A program made the position numbers and the translations under genes. Below are positions 19,956-29,255 of a stretch of 64,000 nt of DNA, in pieces; the first letter of the stretch is position 1, and the number at the start of each line of letters is the position of its first letter. This DNA is from a virus. The stretch covers positions 46,163 to 110,162 of the IMG/VR virus record IMGVR_UViG_3300024262_000019; one strand, 5' to 3'. The notes under the pieces are model-generated. The model made no database searches. It was not told the origin of the DNA and saw nothing but the letters and a program-made list of their open reading frames with translations.

Positions 19956-20342
19956 CTACGCCTCCTTGACCGCAGCCGCTTCAGGCTTGACCTTGGCACC
20001 ATCGAATAACTTGGACTCGATGAGCATAGACAGCTCGGAGGTAGCCTTCTCTGGAAGCTTCATGGCATTAAGCTGGGCATTGACGAACTTCATAGCCTCG
20101 TCGAGCTTCTGCTGGCCACCAGTCTTCTCAGCGTCACTCTTGACAGCCTTTAGACTCTTCTGCTCAACAGCTTTGATCCCCTTGAGAACCAGCTCGTCAA
20201 CCTTATCGTCGTACTTCAAAGCGCTCTCCAGGTGCCACTTCTTGGCAGCCGCCTGCATTGCCCTGTTGACTAATAGTAAAACCACAGGTGTCAACACTGC
20301 GAATACTAGAGGTATCAAATTTTCAAGAACCGTTTTCCACAT
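19956..20342 (-). CDS. Holin, LL-H family-like
   Basis: Single N-terminal TM helix, then IKAVEQ...GQQKLDEA...IES pattern. Confidence 0.65.
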   Translation of the reverse strand: MWKTVLENLIPLVFAVLTPVVLLLVNRAMQAAAKKWHLESALKYDDKVDELVLKGIKAVEQKSLKAVKSDAEKTGGQQKLDEAMKFVNAQLNAMKLPEKATSELSMLIESKLFDGAKVKPEAAAVKEA

Positions 20343-20349
20343 ATCTATT

Positions 20350-20619
20350 CTATCTCCCTTTGTTACGCCTCATAACCATATCAGGCTCAGGACGAGGTTC
20401 GGATCTATCCACAGGTTTATGATCAGATCTGCTCGCGGACTGAAGATACTGCAAAACAGCTTTTTGCAACACCTCCCCAACCGAACATCCCTCCTCTCTG
20501 GCGAACTGCGACAAGATAGAATAGGTCACCACTGGCATCAGCAGAAACGTGAACTCAGTCTCTTGAGCATCTCCCAGGGCATTACCGATTTCATCTATTG
20601 GATCTGCTTTAACCTTCAT
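20350..20619 (-). CDS. Small protein, possible ribbon-helix-helix
   Basis: FTFLLMPVVTYSILSQFAREEGCSVGEVLQKAVLQYL pattern. Confidence 0.45.
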   Translation of the reverse strand: MKVKADPIDEIGNALGDAQETEFTFLLMPVVTYSILSQFAREEGCSVGEVLQKAVLQYLQSASRSDHKPVDRSEPRPEPDMVMRRNKGR

Positions 20620-20679
20620 AATTCATCTCAACATCAAGAGTAATCAATGGATTACGATCATCCATATTACTCTGAATAA

Positions 20680-21387
20680 TTATGGGATAGGAGATCCGTC
20701 CCGCTTGGCTGCGAGTGACCCCTGGTCTGAGAGATACCATTCGATACCCATCTCCAACAGTCTCAGCTCAGACGGATCCATTTGCCCCCTGTGGATCCCA
20801 GACTTAGACATCGCATTAAGCAAAACAGAGTGTTTAGGCATAGTCTTGTTCATGGCCATAATCTCAAGAGCCTTGTCCCAGATGCGCCATGCGTACTCAG
20901 TTCTAAATGCTAAGCCTGGAGACTTCTTGAGATCATAGACTCCACCTTTGAACTCTGGATCTGAATAGAATCCAGGACCACCAATCGTTGGGCCACCCTT
21001 ACGCATTGCCACGGATCCAAAGCTAGGAACTGAGTATCCTCCCCATGATGGATTCGGAGAGCTACTCCATGAGTGATTGGCAAAATACTCAACAAGGCCC
21101 ATAGATCTCCTCATCTCATGAAGAACCTTGAGCTTAGATGGCCTAATCCCTTCAGCAGCTGGTGCCGGTGCCGGCACCGAACTATCTGGAAGTCCTAAGC
21201 TCACATTCGCAGACCCAGGACGATAGGTGTATGGAGTACCCATCTTCGACGGATGAAGTACCGGGAAAACGCTATTCCACTTCCTTCGGCACTTTGACCT
21301 GGTATCACCAGATTTACACGGACCACCAGTGGACTTAGGTGCCTTGCCAGCCTCTGACATGACCTTTGCCAAGAGCTTCATATCCAT
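20680..21387 (-). CDS. Hypothetical protein
   Basis: 235-aa coupled ORF. Confidence 0.55.
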   Translation of the reverse strand: MDMKLLAKVMSEAGKAPKSTGGPCKSGDTRSKCRRKWNSVFPVLHPSKMGTPYTYRPGSANVSLGLPDSSVPAPAPAAEGIRPSKLKVLHEMRRSMGLVEYFANHSWSSSPNPSWGGYSVPSFGSVAMRKGGPTIGGPGFYSDPEFKGGVYDLKKSPGLAFRTEYAWRIWDKALEIMAMNKTMPKHSVLLNAMSKSGIHRGQMDPSELRLLEMGIEWYLSDQGSLAAKRDGSPIP

Positions 21388-21689
21388 TACCTGCGTGCCC
21401 TCTTAGCGTCATTCTCAAGCTTCTCAAGCTGCCTAAGTGCGGCATCCAGTCTTCGGAACAGACTTCTCAGCTTGACGCGAGCGCCTTGAATGTTTCCCTT
21501 AGCCAGCGATCTACTCAGCTGCAACATCATCGTTCCATTGATTTGCATCATCTGAGCAAGTGCAGCCGTCTGACTAGCTGGAACCCTGAACGATGGAGAT
21601 GGAGGCTCCCAGGACTCATCGATATCGTCGTACATAACGACATGCTCAGTGAGTCCGCGTATTTCTCTCTTGAAGAATCCCATGTTCAC
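21387..21689 (-). CDS. Hypothetical protein
   Basis: 100-aa ORF overlapping the TerL stop. Confidence 0.5.
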   Translation of the reverse strand: MNMGFFKREIRGLTEHVVMYDDIDESWEPPSPSFRVPASQTAALAQMMQINGTMMLQLSRSLAKGNIQGARVKLRSLFRRLDAALRQLEKLENDAKRARR

Positions 21690-24600
21690 CCCTGCAGGAA
21701 CGGCAGCATAATCGTATCGTCTTCAACCATCTCCCGCTGCTCCTCTGCCTCTGGATTGGAGAAGTTGGATATGCCTTTAATAACACCCATAGGAGATCCG
21801 TGGTAGCTGGTCGTCAAGCTGTACGTGATACCAGCCAATGCATCAGACACATCCTTACTGCCGAGGCGAGGATGATCAACCTTGTTGCGCACGTTATCTC
21901 GTTGAATCGACTTAAGCTCATCGAGCAACGGCTTGTAGTCATAGAAGCTGATGCGGTTCTCGTAGATCGCAGATTTCAAAACATCGTAGGCATCCATCGG
22001 CTTATCCACCGACAGCCTCTCGGCGGTGATGCCCTTCTTTGAGAACTTCTGAAGAGAGTCTGCTGAATTGAATTGATCCATCGTGACCAATCCAATTGAG
22101 AATCCGTAATGCTGGAATTGGTAAACGAGGGCTCTGATCATTCCATAGTCAATCTCCCCGCCGATCGGAGGGTTGATACGAAGCAGCATATCTACCCAGA
22201 CCCTAGGAGCTGGCTCTGTATATTGCTCCTGGGTCTCCGGGTCTCTGCGAACAATCGTCTTGTACCCAGTCACGCAGCCGATAGCAAAACCAGTCGAATC
22301 TGAGTTAAGTGATGGATCGATATGCACATGCCTGGCTAGCCCTGGGTAGAACTTAGGCTGCCATATCTGACTCATGCTAGCGCCTTCTCTGACGCTCACC
22401 TGCTTCGCCAGCTTCGTCCAATTGACACTTCCGCCGTCTGTTTGAACCCACTCCTCGACACTGAATGGATGCGACCTGTTCACATCGATACATGGGACGA
22501 TTTTGTCTAGCTGCTGAATGAAAGGAGAAACGGATACGGTCGCAATACCAGCAACGTCTCGAATCGAGTCTTCCAAGTTGTTATCAAAATCGTTCCTATA
22601 GTCGATAGGAACATCAACGATAACCATGCCCTCCTGGAGCTTCTCGCGGACCGCTTCCACCTCATCTGGCTCAAGTATCTTACTCGGCACCAGGTCATTG
22701 CCGACTAAAACGGAGAACATCTCCTCCGACAGGGTCCCTTTTGGCTTCACATGCCAGGTTGCATAGTCACGGACGAATAGCGTCGGATCGTCGGCTGATT
22801 CTTTAATCCTCTTGGCAGTAAAGTCATCCCTGGTCTGCTTAGAGGAAACGACAAGCATCATACCTGGAAGCTTGCCGTGCTTCTGGAATCGAGACTTCAT
22901 ACGACGCATCAGTTGGTCGTAGAGAAACTGAGCCCTGTCTCCACCGCCGAAACGGCTCTCCATGCCACCCTTCTTCTTCATGGGTGCCATGAAGTTAGAC
23001 TCGTCGATCATCGCCGCAAAAACGTTGAGACCAAGTGCCGCACTATCGGTCGATGCTCGCGCAGCAACCTGAACGTGGTTAGGGAATTGGATCTCCTTCT
23101 TGAGCGGCTTGTATGGAAAGTTCTCCATAAAATAATCGCTCTCTTTGATTTTGTTTACGATGTTCTCGAAGGCAACCTTAATCGCAAGGTCCTCCTTGAC
23201 CGACAGGACGATCAGCGTGATGTCAGATCCTTTACCGATGCCAAAGCTCTTGTGCGGATCTCGCATGCAGGACAGCTCATATAGAATCCTGCAAGCAGCT
23301 ATAGACGCGAAAAATGTGTTGTGAATAATGATGCCGTTAGCGACAGCATTCTCCGTCCCTGGAACAGTCAGGTCGTAAACATCATGCCATCCGATGTCAT
23401 CGATAGATTCGATACGCTCCCACACGACGTCCATATCAGCGAACTTGCGATACTCCCCCTGGTAACTCGTACTTCTACATAGCCTCTGGAATTTGTCGCG
23501 ACCCATGCAGGAGCCCTTAGCCAGGGCCCCGCCAGCATCATTCCACTCCTTATTGGTATGAGGACCAGTCTCCCTGCGGATGACCTTCAGCTCCTCTGTC
23601 GTTATCGGAACCAGGTCCCAGTTTGGATTGCCCTTGGTCGCTGACGCCTGAGCCAGCAACTTATCGCACTTAGACTCCTTGCCAGGGATTTTCCCAATGA
23701 ACTCAAGAAACCTAAGCTGCATTGGTGCATCGGCAATCTGAAGTCGCCATGCGTCGAACCACTCCTTGGTCCCATCATCCTGTTTAATAGACTTCTTATG
23801 GTGGCTCTTTCTGGCGACGACCCCGAATCGCCTTAGCAAATACTGGACATCGTCAATGAGCCCCTCGCTGGCGAGCGCAATTTCAATCTTACGAGGACTT
23901 CCCGTGTAAACGTTCCCATCCGTAAACAAGCGATTCAGAAACAAAGCAAGCTGGCGGCTGTTCAACCCAAAGAACTTAGCCGGAACGCGCTTCTCTTTGG
24001 ATAGGCAATCTATTCCAAGGCTACGCACCCAGTCCATGGCCCCTCGCACAGTCGTATACCAGGCACCGCGATCATATTTCTCACATCCGAATCCATCGAA
24101 CCCTGGGATGTGCTCAGCACATAACTTGAAGTCGCCAACAACTTCCTCGTCGCCTTTGATATAGACGCAGGAATTCGCAGTCAAGGAACCATCGGCAATC
24201 AAATAGGCAGCCACTTTGACGCACTCATCGGTAATCTCCAAAGTTGCAATCGGCTCAGGAACAGAGCGAGCGGCAGCCACAAAGCTGCCCGGTGCCAGGT
24301 CGAGTAGTGGCACATACCCTATTGGAGTAAGAACAGGGTGATCCTTACTTGCCTCCAGGTATTGTCCAGAGGCAAGGGTCATACGGAAGCACTGCTTGTG
24401 ACCACACTTCCAAATCTTGGATGGGGGTCGATGCGCGATCTCATTGCCATCAAGAGACGGAACCAGCACATCACGGTCCACGGCCTCTTCGATTGTCATT
24501 CTTCTCCCCGATACACCATCAACAAAAGAAGTCGTCGCTACGACCGATTTTCCCCATCCGATGCTGTTATGTACTTGAAATCCTTCACAAAAAAACGAAT

Positions 24601-25330
24601 TACCGTTAGGTACACCGATGTCTCCGACCTCAATCGTTCCGCCATCCCCTAGACCGTCAATACGAGCCCAGCCATCACTGGCAGTTCTAACGAAATCCTC
24701 CCCGGGAACAACATCTTTCGCCTCAACCCACCCACGACGAGTCATCACTTTATGCTCGGGTGTCAGGCGCAGGCTGGCCCCGTTGCTTACTGTAATCCTG
24801 ACAGTGTCGCGCACCCCTGAGTGCCTGGCTTCGATAGTTTCAGCAAAGCCGACCTTACCATCTGGATATGCAAGGACTCTTGGGGAGTCGCCGCTTGCAT
24901 CGAGGATCTGCCTGAGAGATGTGACCACTCCACCCTCCGCAACAATGCTTGCATCCAGATCTACACACCCCGTGAGAACTGCCTCACCGTAGTTGCCGCT
25001 GAACAGCTCCTTCATGTCCTCCTTGAGCTTTGGATAGAGCACATCGCATGTCTTCCCTAGGTAGTAGGGATCCATTACGAAGGTCTCAATATCCACCGGT
25101 CTTGTCTTGAACTCAGCCTCATTGAGAACATCTATGATCCTTGGAGGCCCCTCCTCTCCTTCGACCATCTGCAGTTCATTAAATGCCGGGTCGTCCATCT
25201 CCTTGAGGCACAGCAAGACCGCCTCCCTCTCCTCCGGGGAAAGACTATCGAACTCATCCTTGAGAAGCTTGACCACCTCCTCCGGGGTCTGCTCGCTACG
25301 AACGCGACCACCTAAATCCCTGATCGCCAT
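21686..25330 (-). CDS. terL: Terminase large subunit with two inteins (about 670 aa after splicing)
   Basis: Spliced Walker A AVLTGSIGWGKT, Walker B AMIDES, nuclease motifs HVHIDPS, VTMDQF, KVDHP..GSKDVSDALAG. Confidence 0.93.
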   Translation of the reverse strand: MAIRDLGGRVRSEQTPEEVVKLLKDEFDSLSPEEREAVLLCLKEMDDPAFNELQMVEGEEGPPRIIDVLNEAEFKTRPVDIETFVMDPYYLGKTCDVLYPKLKEDMKELFSGNYGEAVLTGCVDLDASIVAEGGVVTSLRQILDASGDSPRVLAYPDGKVGFAETIEARHSGVRDTVRITVSNGASLRLTPEHKVMTRRGWVEAKDVVPGEDFVRTASDGWARIDGLGDGGTIEVGDIGVPNGNSFFCEGFQVHNSIGWGKSVVATTSFVDGVSGRRMTIEEAVDRDVLVPSLDGNEIAHRPPSKIWKCGHKQCFRMTLASGQYLEASKDHPVLTPIGYVPLLDLAPGSFVAAARSVPEPIATLEITDECVKVAAYLIADGSLTANSCVYIKGDEEVVGDFKLCAEHIPGFDGFGCEKYDRGAWYTTVRGAMDWVRSLGIDCLSKEKRVPAKFFGLNSRQLALFLNRLFTDGNVYTGSPRKIEIALASEGLIDDVQYLLRRFGVVARKSHHKKSIKQDDGTKEWFDAWRLQIADAPMQLRFLEFIGKIPGKESKCDKLLAQASATKGNPNWDLVPITTEELKVIRRETGPHTNKEWNDAGGALAKGSCMGRDKFQRLCRSTSYQGEYRKFADMDVVWERIESIDDIGWHDVYDLTVPGTENAVANGIIIHNTFFASIAACRILYELSCMRDPHKSFGIGKGSDITLIVLSVKEDLAIKVAFENIVNKIKESDYFMENFPYKPLKKEIQFPNHVQVAARASTDSAALGLNVFAAMIDESNFMAPMKKKGGMESRFGGGDRAQFLYDQLMRRMKSRFQKHGKLPGMMLVVSSKQTRDDFTAKRIKESADDPTLFVRDYATWHVKPKGTLSEEMFSVLVGNDLVPSKILEPDEVEAVREKLQEGMVIVDVPIDYRNDFDNNLEDSIRDVAGIATVSVSPFIQQLDKIVPCIDVNRSHPFSVEEWVQTDGGSVNWTKLAKQVSVREGASMSQIWQPKFYPGLARHVHIDPSLNSDSTGFAIGCVTGYKTIVRRDPETQEQYTEPAPRVWVDMLLRINPPIGGEIDYGMIRALVYQFQHYGFSIGLVTMDQFNSADSLQKFSKKGITAERLSVDKPMDAYDVLKSAIYENRISFYDYKPLLDELKSIQRDNVRNKVDHPRLGSKDVSDALAGITYSLTTSYHGSPMGVIKGISNFSNPEAEEQREMVEDDTIMLPFLQG
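23318..24547 (-). mobile_element. Intein 2 of TerL (410 aa, LAGLIDADG endonuclease, Ser1)
   Basis: GK/SVVATTS...ASKDHPVLT...AAYLIADGS...FLNRLFTDG...VYDLTVPGTENAVANGIIIHN/T. Confidence 0.9.
24566..24967 (-). mobile_element. Mini-intein 1 of TerL (134 aa, no endonuclease)
   Basis: G/CVDLDAS...LTPEHKVMTRRGW...VGDIGVP..NSFFCEGFQVHN/S. Confidence 0.9.
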
Positions 25331-26104
25331 CTACTCCTCCGTATCTGGCGGTGGCGTGGCCTCATCCTCGGGCGATGGCGTGGTCTCATCCTCTACATCT
25401 ATGATGTCTGGGGCAGCTTTAGCTGCATGCATGACAACATTTACGGCATCGATACTAGCCCTGTCACTGAGAACCGACAGTGCATTGACCATACTGAGAA
25501 CCTTGCGACGACTATCCGGATCAGCCATAACGCTTCCCACGCCCTCGTTGTATCGATTGCCTATCTGAACGGAGGCATGGCCAGTGACGGACATCTCGCC
25601 AAGCTGGCGTTTAGCAATACCTAGATCCATCTTCAGATCTGCGCTCTGTTTAAGAAGCTTCATCGCATAGAAGATCTCTCGACCGGTCTGAGGGAGAAGC
25701 TTTTTGATCTTCAACTCATTGGTCATCTCTATTTCGATACGCTTGAACTGCTTTTTATATAGCTCCTCAAGCTCCTCAAGCTCATTCAATCCGTTGGACA
25801 ATCTCTTGTTAGCCTGCATAACCACAGCGGCATTCTGACTAGTGAGAGCCAGCTCGGCTGGCGGGATGGCCCGGCGATATTCGTCTATCATCTTGCGCAC
25901 ATAGTTAGCGCTAAGGTGGGTAAGCTCCTGGCTTTCATCCTGAATGAACTTAGTCAAATCAGATGCCGACCAACCCATCCTCAGGCGGCGATCTACCTCC
26001 TCGAAGCACCTGCAGTCTTTCAGTGCTGCCGCTTTCTTCTGCTCGCGGCTTACCGGACGAACTGGTGGTCTACGAGTCTTTTTATCTGCCATGAGTCGCT
26101 CCAA
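25331..26104 (-). CDS. Putative terminase small subunit
   Basis: Abuts terL; N-terminal helical DNA-binding-like region plus coiled coil. Call rests on position. Confidence 0.45.
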   Translation of the reverse strand: MERLMADKKTRRPPVRPVSREQKKAAALKDCRCFEEVDRRLRMGWSASDLTKFIQDESQELTHLSANYVRKMIDEYRRAIPPAELALTSQNAAVVMQANKRLSNGLNELEELEELYKKQFKRIEIEMTNELKIKKLLPQTGREIFYAMKLLKQSADLKMDLGIAKRQLGEMSVTGHASVQIGNRYNEGVGSVMADPDSRRKVLSMVNALSVLSDRASIDAVNVVMHAAKAAPDIIDVEDETTPSPEDEATPPPDTEE

Positions 26105-26183
26105 AGATATGGTAGTTGCGACTCAGAGACTAGCCTATTAGGGCGTTTACCTCAATAAAGCTAATTGTAGGATCTACTTAGCA

Positions 26184-26200
26184 ACGCAAGCGCTTGCGCA
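26184..26200. repeat. Dispersed palindromic site TGCGCAAGCGCTTGCGT; this copy is reversed, other copies at 49366, 58124 and 62316, core only at 34005
   Basis: 14-bp perfect palindrome CGCAAGCGCTTGCG with conserved flanks. Confidence 0.85.
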
Positions 26201-26201
26201 C

Positions 26202-27614
26202 CTATATGATGAATTCAATTCCATCCGGGATCTTACCCTGGACAGTCTTTTGAAAATCGAAATTCTTTCCAATTGCAGAAGTCATAATCTGAGATGTTGT
26301 TTGAACGATCTTACCGATACGACCATCCTCGACGCCATACCCGCGCCGTAACGGCACAAGAACGCTACGAATGTAGTCCGTAGATCCTGAAACCATACCC
26401 TCTACATCCGTCTCAAGAAAAACAGTTCTAGCTATCATGTCTGCAATATTGGGGACCGGGATACCAATCTCCATCATTACCTGGATAAGCAACGTCGCGA
26501 CACCCTCGCCAAACCCATCCGTCATCTGCTTTGTGGTCATAACCATCTCTTCACGCTCTCGCTCCGTGAAGGTTCCCATGAGCGCTATACTATCAGCGCC
26601 GACCGGCGGAGATCCATTGGATGGCTCCTCCAGTGGTCCCGAGAACTTACGACCCCAACCCTTCTTGCGCATCGCAAGATACCACTCTGCGGTAAGCGCA
26701 GAGCTAGGAAAAGACAGGCCAAATCCATATAACGCCAAGGAATCCGAAGACCTGTTGTATGCGTAATCACACAGCAATCTACTTGGTACGCCAAGTATGA
26801 AGTCGATCAGTATGGCGCGATAAATGGAATGCCTCAGCCTACTGGAAGATGTCTCCCATCGATTCGTGTCGTCTGGACCGAGCTTCGCCCAATACTCAGC
26901 GAAATTCTCAGCATTAAACGGCAGGGCCTGCAGTAAGCCAACCGTACCAAATGTCTCATCTACCAATGTTGGCGCAATCCTCAGGCGACGCCCCACCCGC
27001 TCTCTGACGGCGTCGGATATGAGTGGAACCAGATTTACTTCTTTTGCTGAAATCGGTGGTGCTATGTCTTCGCACCCCATAGCCTTCATAGCTTCGTAGG
27101 CGGCCTGCTCCCTCCTGATAGGAGCATACTCATCATCGACGCCATACGTGGCACCCATGGCCTCGCTGACGCTCGTATTGGCTAATGCTGGAAAGCGCAG
27201 GAGTCCACTTTTGACCTGACCGTCGAAGTTTCGGTACCTCGCCCATAGGTTTCCGCTAGCACCTCCGAGGACCCGCTCCTCAATATGCTCAATAGATGTC
27301 GTGCGGAGCCAGTCCCAGAGAATGGGTTCTGGCATATTCCACGGAGGATCAATGGTTGAACCATCGAACCTCTTCGATGGGATCATCAGTATCCCTGTCT
27401 TTTTATGATAGACAGGAGCCTGTGGGAGGGTCTCGGCTACATACGCCGACTGCTCTGCCTTGGCTTTCTCAGCAGCCTCAGCATCACGTCTGCTAGGCTC
27501 CGGGGGCTCATGAGAGAGAGCCCCAAAAACACTACTTAGCTTCGCTATTGTTTGGTTGGGCATCGACGACGTTAACCTCTGGTAAAGTTTCAACCAGATC
27601 GGCTGCCTTGCCAA
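26202..27614 (-). CDS. HipA/PI3K-PI4K-like kinase-fold protein, catalytic residues degenerate (copy 3)
   Basis: RREQAAYEAMKAMG..IAPP, GLLQ, IDFILGVPSRLLCD, LYGFGLSFP against family pattern RExAAY..., D...NxDRHxxN, IDHGxSF. Confidence 0.7.
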   Translation of the reverse strand: MARQPIWLKLYQRLTSSMPNQTIAKLSSVFGALSHEPPEPSRRDAEAAEKAKAEQSAYVAETLPQAPVYHKKTGILMIPSKRFDGSTIDPPWNMPEPILWDWLRTTSIEHIEERVLGGASGNLWARYRNFDGQVKSGLLRFPALANTSVSEAMGATYGVDDEYAPIRREQAAYEAMKAMGCEDIAPPISAKEVNLVPLISDAVRERVGRRLRIAPTLVDETFGTVGLLQALPFNAENFAEYWAKLGPDDTNRWETSSSRLRHSIYRAILIDFILGVPSRLLCDYAYNRSSDSLALYGFGLSFPSSALTAEWYLAMRKKGWGRKFSGPLEEPSNGSPPVGADSIALMGTFTEREREEMVMTTKQMTDGFGEGVATLLIQVMMEIGIPVPNIADMIARTVFLETDVEGMVSGSTDYIRSVLVPLRRGYGVEDGRIGKIVQTTSQIMTSAIGKNFDFQKTVQGKIPDGIEFII

Positions 27615-27831
27615 GATACTGGAACGCCGACCTTAAGTCATCTACCTCTGCGGAATACGCCGATGAATAACCTCCGACCTTATGCATGGCACTGTGCAGA
27701 CCTGAGTGACCAAGATTTTTATCACCCATGGAGCCATCGCCATAGAGCGTCCTGGACTTAACTGCGCCATCCTCGTTCCACATGACACGTCGAACTCGGC
27801 CCTCATCATCGAAAACAAATACGACATTCAT
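27532..27831 (-). CDS. Small partner protein C (precedes kinase copy 3)
   Basis: 99 aa; WNEDG...LYGDG resembles WQAEDGGLYGTG of partner A. Confidence 0.6.
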   Translation of the reverse strand: MNVVFVFDDEGRVRRVMWNEDGAVKSRTLYGDGSMGDKNLGHSGLHSAMHKVGGYSSAYSAEVDDLRSAFQYLGKAADLVETLPEVNVVDAQPNNSEAK

Positions 27832-27835
27832 GGTG

Positions 27836-29020
27836 TTATTCCCCAGGCCTAACGCTTAGTTGAGAAAGTGTGCCTTCTAATCCGTGGGCGAGCATCATCT
27901 TTGCTCTTTCCTTAAGAAATTCAGCATCTTCCTTGGAAACATTCATCTGATCTGAACCAGCCATATGCTCTCCGGCAGCAAGCCGTTTGAGCGTCTCCTT
28001 CATCCTTGGTGGATAGTTCATACCTACATCGTCTGACCTATTAGCGCGATAGTCAAGCTTCCCACCAGGAGCATAGGCTGAGACCACCGCATGACGACCC
28101 TCCTGCTCTGCCTCTTGCTTGGAATGTGCGGAGGCCATCGAACTGTCATGATCGATCGCAACTGAGTGCGTATTTGGTCCAGCTTTGCTCACTAGAACAT
28201 TGCCAGAGTGAGCATCTGTATGGCCAAAAAGCGTATGCATTACGATGCCATGCATCCTATCCTCGTCACTTACCTTGGCCAAATCTGCCGGCGAAGCGAA
28301 CTCTGCTTTGTCATGCGCACCGATGTGCTCCTGAACATGAGCATCACCGCCGGCATGACTCGATGGCATCCGCATAGCCTTTGCCGCAGAGTCCTGATCA
28401 TCTGGAGCCATACCACTGCTTAGGTGGCCATGAATCTTTGATTCGATACCAACGGGAACCATATGATGAGCACCCATGGAAGACATGACGTCATAAACCG
28501 CCTGATGCCTACGACCCCATTCGTGAGGTTCAGCGCCAGCAGACCAGTCAGCCCGATGCTCATCTGGGATATCTCCGCCACTCGGGCTCTTAGTATACCC
28601 CCAGGCAGCACCCTTGTGAGGCTTGGCAATGTATCCAGGACCATTCTCCAGATTGCCGTGAAGCACCACATTCCCAGAGCCACTCTTGTGACGAATTTTA
28701 TTCTTGCCAGTAGTGACCGTACGAGCACCCTTAGCATGGTACGCACCACTGAATGCGTTTACTCTTGATGCGGCGTCCGACAGATCTGGCCTAGCCCTTG
28801 AGGCAAGACTTGGCTCAGAGTGCGGAATTTCGTTAGGGGTACTACCAGTCCACGATGACTTCTGCTGAGATGGTGCAGGCGGACCCTCGGCGACCTTCGG
28901 TTGAATCACAGTAGACTTTCTAACCGGCACAGTCTTCTGCTCTTCGTATAGGTCCCTTGGCGGATTCCTGAGCAGATCCATTGTTGATAGCCATCTAGCC
29001 ATCGATAACCTCCACATCAA
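27836..29020 (-). CDS. HipA/PI3K-PI4K-like kinase, catalytic loop intact (copy 2)
   Basis: YIAKP (ATP Lys), RRHQAVY, LFGHTDAHSGNVLV (DxHxxN), VAIDHD; low-complexity N-terminal leader. Confidence 0.78.
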   Translation of the reverse strand: MMWRLSMARWLSTMDLLRNPPRDLYEEQKTVPVRKSTVIQPKVAEGPPAPSQQKSSWTGSTPNEIPHSEPSLASRARPDLSDAASRVNAFSGAYHAKGARTVTTGKNKIRHKSGSGNVVLHGNLENGPGYIAKPHKGAAWGYTKSPSGGDIPDEHRADWSAGAEPHEWGRRHQAVYDVMSSMGAHHMVPVGIESKIHGHLSSGMAPDDQDSAAKAMRMPSSHAGGDAHVQEHIGAHDKAEFASPADLAKVSDEDRMHGIVMHTLFGHTDAHSGNVLVSKAGPNTHSVAIDHDSSMASAHSKQEAEQEGRHAVVSAYAPGGKLDYRANRSDDVGMNYPPRMKETLKRLAAGEHMAGSDQMNVSKEDAEFLKERAKMMLAHGLEGTLSQLSVRPGE

Positions 29021-29255
29021 CCATCGGACTCATCAACAACCTCTGCAGGAGCAACTCCAGTGGAGATATTCCTAGGCGACTAGCACGAATTTGCATGTCC
29101 TCTAGCATGAGAGGAATAACGCCATCCCATAGCCCGGACACTTTTATATCGCCTGCCACCTGCCAAATGTCAGCGCCCTGGGAAGACCTAAGCTCACCGT
29201 TGGCGATGTCGATCCTATTCACTCTTAGGCGCCTGGTATCAGGAACGCTTGTCAT
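28995..29255 (-). CDS. Small partner protein B (precedes kinase copy 2)
   Basis: 86 aa; aligns with partner A (RRLR, WQ, ML, SPL, R...SP, EVI). Confidence 0.7.
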   Translation of the reverse strand: MTSVPDTRRLRVNRIDIANGELRSSQGADIWQVAGDIKVSGLWDGVIPLMLEDMQIRASRLGISPLELLLQRLLMSPMVDVEVIDG

